Shown here: piece by piece, positions 27,240-40,100 of the stretch
Layout: the number at the start of each line of letters is the position of its first letter
How positions within the stretch are numbered: position 1 is the stretch's first letter
Origin: Camelus ferus
Taxonomy: Eukaryota
Reading direction: 5' to 3'
NCBI RefSeq assembly: GCF_009834535.1
Contig: NC_045697.1
Location: 63,242,001-63,306,000, forward strand
Length of the DNA stretch: 64,000 bases
Position numbers and translations under genes: made by a program
The notes under the pieces: generated by a model
The model's database searches: none
What the model saw: only the letters and a program-made list of their open reading frames with translations
What the model was told of the DNA's origin: nothing

Positions 27240-28457
27240 TATATTTTTAATCAATTTATTTAAACTAAAAAAAATTATCCATTTCTCCCACCCAACCCCA
27301 GTAATCTATTCTCTGTATCTATGAACTTTTTTTTTTCAGATTTTACACATAAAAGGGATAATGTTTGTCTTTTTTTGTCCAACTTGTTTCACTTAGCATA
27401 ATGTCTTGGTGGCCGATCCATTTGTCACAAATTATAAAATTTCGTTCTTTTTTATGGCTGAATGATATTCTGTGGTGTGTGTGTGTGTGTGTGTGTGTAC
27501 TGTATTTTCTTATTGATTCATCCATTGATGGACACTTAGGTTGTTTTCATATCTTGGTTATTGTAAATAATGGTGCAATGAAAATGCGAGTGCATACATC
27601 TGTTTGAGTTAGTGTTTTCATTTTCTTTAAATAAATACCTAGAAGTGGAATTGCTGGATCATATGGTAGTTCTATTTTTAATTTTTTGAGGAACCTCCAT
27701 ACTGTTTCCCATAGGGACTGCACCAATTTCCTTTCCCACCAACAGTGTATGAGGGATCCCTTTTCTCCACATCCTTACCAACATTTGTTATTTCTTGTCT
27801 TTTTGATAGTAGCCATTCTAACAGGTATGAGGTGATAGCTCATTCTGGTTTTGATTTGCATTTGTCTGACGATTAATGATATTGAGCATCTTTTCATGTA
27901 TTTGTTGACCATCTGTAGGTATTCTTTGAAAAAAAAGTCTATTCAGATCTTCTGCCAATTTTTAATCAGATTGTTTGCTTTTTTGATGTTGAGACGTATG
28001 AGTTTATTATATATTTTGTAGATTAGCTCTTTATTATATATAAGATTTTCAAATATTTTCTTACATTCAGTAGATTGCCTTTTCATTTTGTTGATGGTTT
28101 CCTTTTCTATTCAGAAGCTTTTTAGCTTGATGTAGTCTGACTTGTTTATTTTTGCTTTTATTGCTTTTGTTTTTGGTGTCAAATTTTAAAAATTCATCAC
28201 CAAGACCCATGTCAAGGAGCTTATAGCCTATGTTTTCTTCTAGGAATTTTATGATTTCAGGTCTTACATTTAAGTCTAATTAGTTTTGATTCAAGTTTTG
28301 TGTATGGTAAATTAATTGATCATATGTGTGTAGTTTTATTTCTGGGATCTTTATTCTGTTTTATTGATCCGTGTATCTGTTTTAATGCCAGTATCATACT
28401 GTGCTAATTACTAGTACAAAACTATAGTAATATAGTTTAAAATCAGGAAGTATGATG
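27240..28457 (-). mobile_element. 5'-truncated L1 (3' ORF2 and 3'UTR), antisense
   Basis: Typical antisense L1 text: 'ccattgatggacacttaggttg', 'agaagtggaattgctggatcatatggtagttctatttttaattttttgaggaacctccatactg', 'cagaagctttttagcttgatgtagtc'. Confidence 0.95.
27476..27498. repeat. (TG)n microsatellite within L1
   Basis: Perfect TG run. Confidence 0.9.
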
Positions 28458-29099
28458 TGAAATGGAGTTTTTTAAAAGAAATTTTTGAGATTTAAAAATT
28501 AACGTTGCTCTTTTCTGAGTCACCTTCACATAAACTAATAATAGAGTACCAACTACCAATTTTTATTTAGTCTTTTTTTTAAAAACTTTTGAACATGCAT
28601 TTCACCTGGCATAATCACACATTAGATGGAATAATAAGAAACTATAACAAGGCAAGTCCTAGACTTGAATGGTGTCTTTTCCAGCTTTTCCAAACACTCT
28701 TTCTATTGTCATCACATGTTTTCTTATGCCTTCTTTTAGTTTGTGGAACACATGCATTCCAACAATGAGGAAAAGATGATTTGGGGAAGTGGAAAATATG
28801 AAAAGCCTGTGCTGTGTTGCTGTCATGAGCTGCATTAAACATCTGCTCTCTGGCAATATATCATAGCTGGAGTAATAATGGAAGTTGTAGCAATGTCTTC
28901 CAGAATTCCCAGAGCCAGCAAGGCCAGAGCTGACATATAGTTGGCAAGAAGAGCCACTGGGCCTTGGTGGTGCTGAGGGAGAGTAGACAATGGGTCATGG
29001 CCACCTCAGCAGCAGGTGCTGGTGCAGACCATCAGTGGCCAGATGAACAAGGGGAAATGATGCAGGGAGAGAAGGCTGGGAACCACTGAGGTTTGAGGA

Positions 29100-30180
29100 C
29101 CAAATCCAAATCTATACAGTATGAAGAGATCAAAGAGATGAGGACAAAACTGCAAAGAGACTGGGAAGGAGTATCCAAGAGGGTGATGTCCTAGAAATGA
29201 AGCAGGAAAATGTTCCTAGCATGAGCGAGTACAGGCATACCTTAGGGATTTTGCAGGCTCAATTCCAGACCACAGCAATAAAGCAAATATTGCAATAAAT
29301 TGAGTCACACAAATATTGTGGTTTCCCAGTGCATCTAAAAGTTCTGTTTACACTATACTGTTACAACTACAGTATCCTCTGTTAAGGTTACAGTAGCATT
29401 ATGTCTTTTTTTTTTTTTTTTAAAGTGTGTACACCTTAATTAAAGAATACTTAATTACTAAAAAATGCTAGCTGTCAACTAAAAACATTGGTAGGGTTGT
29501 CATGAACCTTCAATTTGTTAAAAAAAAAATGCAGAATCTGGGAAGTGCAATAAAGCAAAACAATAAAATGAGGTATGCCTGTAATCAACTGTGTCAAATG
29601 TTGCTGAGAGGTAGAGGGAGATGATGGAAGTCATCAGTAACTTTAACAAGAGCATTTTCAGCAGTCTGGTGAAGACTAAAGCACTACTTGAGAGGGTTTA
29701 GAGGGAATGGACCAAGAGGAATTGGAGTTTGTGAGTTTAAGAAATTCAACCAGTTTTCTTGTAAAGCAGAAGAGAAAAATAGGGCAGTAGCTTGAGGGAG
29801 AATTGAGGTAAAATGATTTTTCTTAAAGATGGGAGATTAAAGCAGCATGTTGGTTTGCTGCTTCAAGTAATAACAGGAAAGGAGAAAAAGTGATGATATG
29901 GGAGAGAAAGAAAGTAATTGCTGAGAGAGTTCTTTGACCAGGTTAATGAGGAGGAAGTCTGGTTCACTGACGGAGGGGATGGTCTAACATGAAACAGCCC
30001 GCACTTTATCCTTAAGACAAAGGGGAAAGCAAATCAATGGGAATGTATGCTCATAGTCTCACAGTGTAAATATCGGTGTAAGTTTGTTGTTGTTTGCGTA
30101 TTCTATTTTCTCAGTGAGATAGGAGGCAAGATCATTCGCTGAGAGTGAGGATGAGCAAGGAAGCATTGAAGGTTTGAGAA
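29100..30180 (-). mobile_element. L2 LINE relic interrupted by a Tigger1 derivative
   Basis: 'gtgatgtcctagaaatgaagcaggaaaatgttcc...' resumes after 29583 as 'atcaactgtgtcaaatgttgctgagagg...aagtcatcagtaactttaacaagagc', a continuous antisense L2 phrase. Confidence 0.7.
29232..29581. mobile_element. Tigger1 internal-deletion derivative (TcMar-Tigger MITE)
   Basis: Terminal inverted repeats CAGGCATACCT...AGGTATGCCTG with TA on both sides (29230-31, 29582-83); Tigger1 subterminal sequence 'ttccagaccacagcaataaagc'. Confidence 0.92.
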
Positions 30181-32299
30181 AAAAAGGAAATAAATGTGGT
30201 CATCTTTCAGTATTCTCTTTCTTACGGTGTTCTTCCCTAAAATCGATCTGCCTGAGAGAGAGCTGCTGTTGGGGCTGTTCTTTCTCACCTCTCCCTTCCT
30301 GGTCCCTCCTACATGTCTCTCACACCCTCTGGATCCCTGATGGGGCATCTCCCTGGGTGAGTTAAAACAGAAAGACAAATTTAAAATATTACCATTTGAG
30401 CTTTAAATTAAGCGAATGACTCTAACATTTAAATAACAAGACCTTTTGTAAATCTAATGGTTCCCAAATTATTTGGTTTTATAAAATTGAAGAAGGACCT
30501 AATCAATGTAACAACTGTTAGATAGTCATTTGATTTGATGATATGTCGTTATATAATTTTTGGCATTCTAGGAGCTCAATAAACTGACAGACATTCCTAT
30601 AACAAATCTCCTTCCAGCCCCATCTACTTATTTATTCTTATATCTATAAAAAAGATAATGAGGAACAGAAATTACATTGAACTCAGGCTAATTTTAACAA
30701 TAATATCAATCCATTGATACATATACTAATCAGGAAAACAAAATCAGAAAAAGAAAACTAAAAATGCCTTTATATTTTATACCATGATATTGTCCAATAA
30801 AATGATACATTTATACCTCATAATTACTAATCCAGATTTAGAATATATTTATCTATTTTGATTAAATGTAAACTAGTAATTGTAATAAGCCAATGTAGCC
30901 AAAAATAATAATTAAATCTTTATGATCGCAAAAATAATTTGTATACATAAAGTATGTTTGGTTCAGGCAAATAACACATATTTGTTATTTATTAGAAATC
31001 ATATAATTTGGAACTATTTTACTTTATGATAAAAATATTAAATTTTATTTTAGAAAATGGAAAGTCTAGCATTCTTCAAAACTTCTTTAAAAGGGTCACA
31101 AGCAAAAGAGTTTGTAGGTAACTGTTGGAGGGTGGCAAAGTACATGCACTAGAGAAGTAAAGTTGACAGGCAAGACAAAAAACCCGTTTAAGATTAGAGA
31201 GCATGAATGTGAAGCAGGCTCATTCGACATGGTTTTGTGTTTTTCTCTTGTTATGTTCAGTTACATCCATGCCAACGTGGAGTAGAAGTAGCACTGTATT
31301 TTGCCAGTAGGGATTTGGCCAGAGGAATTGAGGATGTGTGCAGTGAAATGATTTGATGATGAAACCACGGGATTTATGGAGGGTCAGGAGGCAGGGGAGG
31401 AATACTGCCACAGCTGATTTTGTCAGTGGAAGGTAGCTCTCTGCAGGGTAGAAAAAATGTTGCAATCTGTGTGCTGACAGATAAAGAGTGAAGTTTGGAA
31501 AGTCTGAAATTGCAATGTTGGATGAGTTGCAGTTATTATTGAAGGACGAGGTCCTTAGATGACATTTTCTAGTGAAACTTTATATTATGTTTTCAGTGAT
31601 TAAAGATCAATTTGATAAAGGCATGCCTTTGATTCTTGTTATATTTTAGATGGAATTAATCACATGTTATTTTCAAGAGTATTTCATAACTATAGACTAC
31701 AGATATAGAATAAGATACAATTCAGTTAACATTTTAATGGATTATAGCTAGAGAATGATATGAGGATATATTTCAGAAGCATTTTAAACCTTTGTAATCA
31801 TATATATGTTTATATACACATAAATATATGATTATACATTATAGTTATATGAATATATAATTCTTGGTTAATTTCTGCAATTATAAATGTATCTGTAGAA
31901 GAAAAGAAGCAAAAGAAAAGTATAAAAATTTTTTAACATTCAGTTTTATGCAATGATAGTTAAAACCCTGGTTGATTGTAGTATTTGGTGACACCATAGT
32001 TAGATTTTCTACCTCATACATATTGTCTTACTTGGCTTGTGATGGCCCACAAGTTTTACACACTGCATATAATGAATTATTAAGGTTTTCTTCATAATTT
32101 AAATATTTTCAGGGCTCTATATTCCTTTATTTTATGTATAATCATGCCACCACTAGTTTAGTGATGGTCTATTGATGATGAAATTATTTTTATAGATACC
32201 TTTCTTCTCTCACTCAATTGAGAACTCTTCTTAGACTTATAATTTTCATTGTGTCTCCTTTTGTCTTCTGTAATGTTTTCACAATATAATGATATTAAA

Positions 32300-32520
32300 A
32301 ATTACAATACTTATACAGTACTTATCAATTCCAGGCCCACAAATCTAAGCACTTTACAGATATTGGCTTACTCAAGTCTTACACTTAACAAGTGTATGTG
32401 ATAGGTTCTGTTATTGTTATTATGTTGTTATAAAAACCTGAGATCAGGGAGGGTGAGCAACTTGGTTAAGATCACAAAATAGAGCAGAATTAAAAGCCCA
32501 GAGACTTCAGAAATCATGCC
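32300..32520 (-). mobile_element. MIR SINE relic
   Basis: 'ctaagcactttacagatatt...aaaacctgagatcagggagggtgagcaacttggttaagatcaca'. Confidence 0.6.
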
Positions 32521-32589
32521 TCTTTAAGGTACATACCTAATAAATAGTTTGTACTGAACAGTAGCAAGAGAAGGAACACTTACTGAATT

Positions 32590-32945
32590 GCTCCTTTCTC
32601 TCAATAAATATTTAACAACTGCCTGCCATACCAAGCACTCTCTTTACCAGTTAATAAAACTGAAATGGCTCCTCCCTTCATGGGGCCTAGAGTCAACTGA
32701 TAAAGATACACGCATAACTTGCATAACTGCAAAATTTAAATATCAAGAGCCAAAAAGAACTATAAGATACAAAAAATATTATGAGATACTATAAAAATAG
32801 GACCTTTTCAGACTGTGTGGACAGGCCCTTTCAGAAGAAATGATATTGAAGCTGAAACTTGAATTGTGATGAGGAGCCAGTCAGGTGATTAGTGAGGGAA
32901 GAATTCAGGTAGAAGAAACAGTGTATGAGAAGGCCAGGATTCCTG
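32590..32945 (-). mobile_element. L2 LINE 3' relic
   Basis: 'tcaataaatatttaacaactgcctgccataccaagcact...ctcccttcatggggcctagagtc...tcagaagaaatgatattgaagctgaaacttgaa'. Confidence 0.65.
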
Positions 32946-32974
32946 AAACAAAGAAAGAGAGCACCCTTATTTTG

Positions 32975-33415
32975 TGTATAATGTGGGTCTAAACAGAAAA
33001 CAGATGGCCCACTAAAACTTAGAATATTTCAATGGGATTTGTTTAGAGAGACAAACTCTAAAGGTGTACACTGGATATAGAGGTCACTTAAAGAACGATG
33101 CCAGAACTTGGGTTGAGCAGTAGGGTAGCAATTACTATCCCAAGAACAAAAGTTGCTAGAACTAGGAAGGAGAGGATCATGTAGGGCAGACCTCCTTACG
33201 AGAGCAGTGACCTTCAGTCAAGGGACACAGCAAGCTAGATCAAACCTAAAGGAAGGGAGCCAGGAAATAAATTCTGCAGTGTACTATTAGGGCTGGCTCT
33301 TCATTGCCTGCACACTATCAAAGGAAAGGGCATAGGAGCCAATTGATTAGTTCATTTAGTTCAGCCTCCCCAAGCAGAGTACAGTGAAAAAGATGGAGAG
33401 AGGGTTTGGATATTC
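32975..33415. mobile_element. Ancient ERVL/MaLR-class LTR
   Basis: Starts 'gggtctaaacagaaaacagatggcccactaaaac' and ends 'tagttcagcctccccaagcagagtacag...ggagagagggtttggat'; subfamily not determined. Confidence 0.55.
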
Positions 33416-33543
33416 ATTAGACATTTTGGCAGCTAAATGATCATGCCATGTGTTTAGAACATGCTATAGAATTGGTATTTTATTTCAGGCAAAACAGGGA
33501 GCCTTTGAAATGGGGAGCTTATGCTTTGAAATGGGGAGCAGAT

Positions 33544-34025
33544 TGTTGTTAAAGGTTCTGGGATCAATTTCCAATGTTGAGGGTTGATGCAGATTTTTAC
33601 ACACCATCAAGCAAGGTTTTGACACTGCCTGAGTGTCCTACGAGTCAACTCAATTGTGACACCATCTACCAAGAGAGAGCATCAGATCCCACAGGATAAG
33701 GGCTGAATCCTACAAGACTGTCCCCCCACCACCAGTTCAGACACCTTTCACAAGTCGAGGTGTTCACCTGTGCCTCTTACCAACCACCTATAGATCCGAG
33801 GTTCCAATGACGCCCTCCTTGTGTTTGATTAATTTACTAGAATGGCTCACAGAACTCAGAGAAGCATTTTACTTATGAGATTACTGGTTTATTATAAACA
33901 GATATAACTCAGAAACAGCTATATAGAAGAGTTGCTTAGGGCAAGGTATGGGAAAGGGTGTGGAACTTACATGTCCTCTCTAAATGCACCTCTCTTCTCA
34001 AATCTCTACAGGCTCATCAACCCAG
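33544..34025. mobile_element. MER21-family LTR fragment
   Basis: 'gagtgtcctacgagtcaactcaattgtgacaccatctacc...gcatcagatcccacagg...gctcacagaactcagagaagcattttactta...ggtttattataa'. Confidence 0.8.
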
Positions 34026-34510
34026 GCTCATCTTGCCAGAATTTCTTTGGTGAGCTGGTTATATGGGGTGTAAAATTGAATGGGCAGAATATTCATTGGG
34101 GAAAGAGGGGTTTGGGGTCATATTTCCAGCTCCAATTTCCCCAGAGGAGCAGGGATTTTTGTCCTTATTTAGTCTTGATAGTAAGTTTCATGGCATCAGT
34201 GTATGCTTCTTATCTGCAAGGCTAATTTTATTGTAATAAGGGCATAATGAGCAAAAGGTTACATTTGGACACCTTTCCCCACCTTTCTTTGTCTGCCTTC
34301 AGGACCCTTGCCACCTCAAGATATATGGCTTCCTGTCAGTCTGGAGGTTCCTGCTTTTCCGTGTTTGCCCAAGGATGCTTGTTGTTTATAAGATGCGTGG
34401 TTTCCTGCCATTTGGCCCATGAACCTCTTTCTCTGCTTATATCTAGCTATCTACCTGTTCTAACACAGGGAACCAGCAAAGGAATCCGTATGTTAGCACT
34501 AAGCTAACAC
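34026..34510. mobile_element. Second LTR fragment (ERV1-like) abutting MER21
   Basis: Sequence changes character at 'ctcatcttgccagaatttctttggtgagc', followed by LTR-like 'gtttgcccaaggatgcttgttgtttataagatg...tagctatctacctgttctaaca'. Confidence 0.45.
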
Positions 34511-36659
34511 TTTTATGGAATTTGTCTCACTTAGATTATAATAATTTTATGAAACAGGTATATTATGAATGAGAATCTGAGAATCAGATCAATCAGCTTG
34601 GCTATAAGATAGCTTTGGTTTTTGCCTCACTCCAAAACTAATGCTTTTTCCATGACACCTGGCAGTCTGTCATAAATGACAAATGCTTGTTAAAGTGAAG
34701 TCAATATCATTCTTAGAATAGTGATAGACTTAAGGAAAATTTGAATGAGGGAAGTAGTTTTAAGCACCTCTGAATTTATATATCATCTTGTGATGTATAA
34801 ACTAAATTATAATTAACCTTATTTTCCCTGAAGAGATGATATTTTATCTTTTAAATGGAATTAACTCATGAAACTAAAACACATTTTAAGATAGGGTTTG
34901 CCATAGAGTTGCCACAGATTTGTTTTACTACCTAATGGGTGAAAAATTAACTTAGTCCCCAACCTAGATTTATGAAGGGTGTTGGTACTTATTTCGAACA
35001 ATTTATTCCTAATAACTGAGCATGTAATTTATTAATAGAGACTAGAGAGTAGGTGTTTGAAATGTACAGTTGAAAACATGTCGGCATTTAAACCTCATCA
35101 CATAAAAATATGAAACCCATTATTTTCTATTAGGATATTAACAATAGAGTTTTAAACATCTTTGGTAATGACTACAGTTTCATAATCAGTCTATTAACGT
35201 AGGGTAACTGTAAAGAACTGGAATAAATGTCCTTAATGATCAGTAAGTGCTTCCATTGAGACATCCATATATACTTGGGAGGAGGAAGTGCCTTTCAATT
35301 TGTAATAACACAGTGACTATAAAAAGTCCTGAGTGGAAAATTATTAATGAGCATGTGGCTTTGTCTTGATTTGAGGTCTAAGAACAGAAACTTTCATTTG
35401 AATTGTAAACTTTACACAGTTGGTAGAATTCCTGGATGTTACATTTTTGTCATATGAAAATCATTTATACATTTTAATGTCATACTTATTTTGTAAGCTA
35501 ATAGAGGCTAAAAATTTATATAAGGGCATGTAGGTAGGATGCATTTATGTTTGCCTGAACATTACATGACATTAGGTCAAACACACTTACATAGCAGACA
35601 ATAGTTGAACTACAGAGGAAAACTTGTTCCCATTGACTGCTACATCTTTGTATTAAAGGAGGACGATCAGGAGAATTATTGTTATTTTTTAAAATATTTG
35701 TTTGGAAGCATGGATAGAATTTATACTTTAAATTTGTGGTAAAAGCATTTTTAACTACTCATTTTTAAGTTCATAGTAATTTTTTTTCTTGGATTGAAGT
35801 TACACTTCGGAAATAACTTCTATGAATCTCTATTAATCTATTCTACCTTCTCTGTGTCAGCCAGTCTTCTAACTCTTGTTGACATAACTTAAAAGAAAAC
35901 AGATAAAAATCTTCACTTTCAAGAACCTTGCAGAAAATAAAGGATGGTAAATAGAAGCTTATAGCAAATCAAGGGTGGTATATAAAAGAAGTAAATAAGT
36001 ATATTTTAAGATTGCTGTTATGTTCTAATGTTGCTGTAAAACTGTTAGAAAAAATGTAAGATGATATAGTTGATTAACAGTCAGTAATGTTAAACAATCT
36101 AATAATTTAGAATTTAGAATCATGTTTAGTCATGTTGACACAAGTGGAACTTGACATGGATAATGTATAATCCCCAAAATAAATATTACAGAGAAAATAA
36201 TAAAAACAATGAGATGTTTCCAGAGTGGTGCCAATTAATGAGATATTTTCAAAGGATGTTAATACATTATTGTATGAAGTTTATGAATTACAAATTTCTT
36301 ATTTCTAAATAAAGTTGATTTTACTAAATAACATTGAGAAAACTAATCTAACTCCACTAAATGGTAATTACGATTTAATTTTTGTCTTTGCCCGAATCAG
36401 ACTTAAAATATTGGTTTTGGTAGTCAGATGTTGTTGATAGCACTTTTATCAAACTATAGCAGATGTTGAGGAGTTATAACTCTTGGACTAATACTTTGGG
36501 ACCAAAAGATAATTTACATTTCATTAATGTTTAGTTATCTCAGAACATCTCTATTCCACAAATGACAGATAGATCCAGGAAAAAGTAAAATCTTCTCAAG
36601 TCTTAAGCTATTTAAAAACTAGATTTTCTTTGACGTGAAAGTTGCACGTTGTTTTGTTT

Positions 36660-36900
36660 ACCAATGTGTGGTGCAGTGGTTATGGAATGAACTTTAAAAT
36701 CCTATCCTCTTGGATATGTATTTGCGTACCAGCACTTACCAGTGGTTTAAGAATCTCAAAACTTCATTTTTCTCTCGTATGAGATAACACTATTGCTTAT
36801 GTCATAGATTTAGGTGAAATTATATGAGATCACCGATGTTAACTTGTAATAACTGTTCTTGGCACAAAATAAGGGTTTAATAAATGCTAGCTATTGTTGT
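36660..36900 (+). mobile_element. MIR SINE
   Basis: 'tgtgtggtgcagtggtta...accagcacttaccagtg...gttcttggcacaaaataagggtttaataaatgctagctattgtt'. Confidence 0.65.
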
Positions 36901-38589
36901 TATCGTTGTTTTATTATTAATATCATAATTATTATAATATAAAACTTTAATTATTGCATGTCATGTATAATATAATTATGATATTTTAATTAATTGATCA
37001 TAATATAATCATTATATCATAACTTATTTGAAAAAGGCTAAGAAAATAGGAATCCTTTTTCATATGGAATTTATAGAAATGAATTAGTATCAGATTATAT
37101 TATAAAATAGCATAGAATCCTTTGTCACCTAAAAGGGCTTGTGGATATTAATCTCATCAGAACCTTAGTCAGTCTGTTCTCAGTTGGTTTTGCTGATTAA
37201 GCATTACAGTTTCAGCTTCTTCCTCACTTCCTTCCTGAACTCCAAGGTCCTTCAGAACCATGTCTTGCTCGTGGTGGAATTTCCAACATCTAATATATTT
37301 CCTCTTGCATGTAAATGAATTCATAAGGAATATATCAAATCTAACAACATTCAAAAATAAAAAAACTTTCTCCTTAATGGTGGATCAAACTTATCATCTT
37401 CTTTTATGGAGAGTACCAGTATACTGTAGCTTAACACTTGGGCACAAAAGAAAGAAAATGGTCTGAAGGTAATATTTATTAAAATAGATAGGTGAGTAAA
37501 AATGTAAAATTAAGTTTTTACCCAGTGGTGAGAGGAAGAATTTGAAGCATTAAAGCTACTTTAAATATAATTACTTACAATCATTGACATAATTTTAAAA
37601 GTCTGAAAAGCACTCTAGAAATTGATTCTTGTCATGTAATAGACTTAACCCAGATTGAAAACAAAAAGTCGATTTCCTCTCTGATTCTCTTTGCTCTTAG
37701 CAGAAGGGAGTTATTTTGTTCCCCTATAGTTCCCAATATACTGCTATTAGTATCTACCATATATTAAATTTATACCTACACCACTGACTTTAAACCCTTC
37801 CTTAATCAAAACATCCATGACCTCACACATTCATAACAAAAAAGGAGACTGACAAAATGGTTATTATAATGCTTGTGTTTTCTAGTAAAAGCAGTGTAAA
37901 TCACTGAGCATTAAGGGTTTACAAAACAAACATAGTAAAAAAAGGGAGTTTGGCACAATTCATGGGATGGAAGAAGACACGTTTACCTGCATTTTCACCC
38001 TTGTTGTTCACCATCCGCCAGCTTTTTGCCCTCTAGAACAGGGTGCGCCCTCTGAAACATAACTGTGTGCTAGAGAGCACAATGTATGAATGGCTTATTG
38101 CAGCAAGGGAAATGAAATGGTAACTATAAAACTAAATTGTAGTCATGAAAAGCAAGTAGATGGAAACTCTTTCCTCTCTGCAGGTTAGAGATAGAAGCAC
38201 TGCGGGATTCATTTTTCAGATGGAGCAGTCTTTTCTTTCTTTGAATATACTGGGGAAAAATGACTTATTTTCTTTATGTTCTCTTTTGCAAGTATTATTT
38301 TTCTTTTCACATATGAGTTTTGGGCCTTTCTGAAACAGAAGTCATTAATTTAAGCTTAAGAGACTCTTGGCCAAGATAGCACTTGAAATGGAAATCACTC
38401 TCTTGAAATTTTTCTCCTCTTCAGAAAGTCAGGCCAAGGTGGTTGGTTACTCCTTTTCAGTCGTCTTCATTGACCCCCTTTCCAGTTTTAATCATCTGTT
38501 CTTTGTCTTTTCTCTAAACACTTCGGTTACTCTCTAAACACTATTCCTGGGTTACCTATCAATTATTTCTATTTAAATGTTCTCTTAGG

Positions 38590-39480
38590 GAGAACTCTAA
38601 AATCGGGTTCCATTTTCTATCTTTGAGCTTCAGAGCCTCATTTCCAGTTTCCTGCATGTACCACCCTGAATTGATTTTTGCTCACTTCCATACAGGTCCT
38701 CTTGCTTCTGCATTCCCAATTGTAATAATATCATCATTTTTACCCATCCAAGCTAAAAACCCTCAATAGAATGCAGGTGTCCTTCTTAACGCTCACACCT
38801 TAGCCTATAAATCACCAAATTCTGTAGTTTCTAATGTAGGATTTCTTCCTAACTGGAGCCTTCATTTGCTATAATTTTTGGTCATACATTTATAATTTTT
38901 CTCCAGTATTATTGAACAATCCGATAATTGAGCTCCCCGCCACTTTTCTTCAACCAGTACAGATGATGAGTTTGGCATCATTTATCTAATGAAATCCAGT
39001 TTGACTCTGTTATTCTTCTGTTAAACTATCTCCACTTGGCTCTGCTAACCTTAGTCTCAAGTCTAAATCTGAACTTTCTCTCTAGCCCCATTTATGACTG
39101 TTCCTTACGAGAGATGCCATATCCTCTGCTCCCTGTATAGAAATTTCTCCACATTTTCTGAGCCTGCCACCTCAAGGCCTTTGCCCATGCTTTTCCTTCT
39201 ACATGAAATACTTTTACTGAAATGCCTGGTAAACTCCTATACATTTTCCAAGACCCAGCATAAATATCACCTCTCCTATGAAGATAGATTTTCCTCACAT
39301 CCCTCTCATCTTTTATGCTCTATTGTAGAATGTAATACATATATTAAATTTGTATTTATAAATGTCCTCTTAAAAATAATCTTTCTGATGATAGGAATAA
39401 TGTTTTTATATTCCGTGTACATAATATAATGCCTATTTCATGGTAGGCATCACTTAAATATTAATTGAATGATTGTGTTC
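38590..39480 (+). mobile_element. L2 LINE 3' relic
   Basis: 'ctgccacctcaaggcctttgcccatgcttttccttctacatgaaatac...caagacccagcataaatatcacctctcctatgaag...taggcatcacttaaatattaattgaatga'. Confidence 0.75.
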
Positions 39481-39965
39481 TATCACTGCCTTAAATTAAG
39501 TTTCTTTAGTTGGAGTGGTTTACACTCTCTCTGATATTATTAGCTGCCTGTTTTAACATATTCCGATTATAAATCCTGTAATTATTAAGCCCTCACCCTT
39601 AGCTTTATTCCCGCTCCAAGCTCTAAAGCCAACCTGTCATTAGATTAGGAACATTATAAGGATCTCGAGGTTAACACTATATTGGTCTGGGGTTGAGAGT
39701 GACAGGATCTAATATTATTTACTATTATTATAAGCTAGGTACTTTATTAAATATTTTTAGTGCTTACCCAATAATACCATGCTTACAATAATACCATGAA
39801 ATAATAATATGCTCATTTTACTACTTAAGAAAATGAGAAATTGAGTAAATGGTTCAATTTTATATACTAGTAACAGACAGAGGTGGGAATCAGACTCACA
39901 TGGTCTGGTAACAAAGGTGCCAATATTACAGACCGTTCAGTACCAATTTAAAATTGTGTCATTGT

Positions 39966-40100
39966 GGGAGAGTATCGCCCAGTGATGGAGCACATGCTTA
40001 GCATGCATAGGGTCCTGCATTCAATCCCCAGTGCTTCCATTAAAATAATAATAATAATAAATAAACCTAATTACCTCCCTCTGCAAAAAAAAAAAAAAAT
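39966..40100 (+). mobile_element. tRNA-derived SINE (camelid vic-1-like), full length
   Basis: Degenerate A box 'tatcgcccagtgatggag', B box 'gcattcaatcc', 'aaacctaattacctccc' tail, polyA, and TSD aaattgtgtc at 39951-39960 and 40102-40111. Confidence 0.88.

Noticed and set aside
37987..38051. Possible minus-strand exon ending CAG|gtaaac, with acceptors before 38032 or 38051
   Set aside because: Weak pyrimidine tracts; the longer form has stops in all frames and the short peptide RAKSWRMVNNKGENA is not recognised
39966..40035. tRNA gene
   Set aside because: The A/B boxes belong to a SINE head followed by a SINE tail, polyA and TSD
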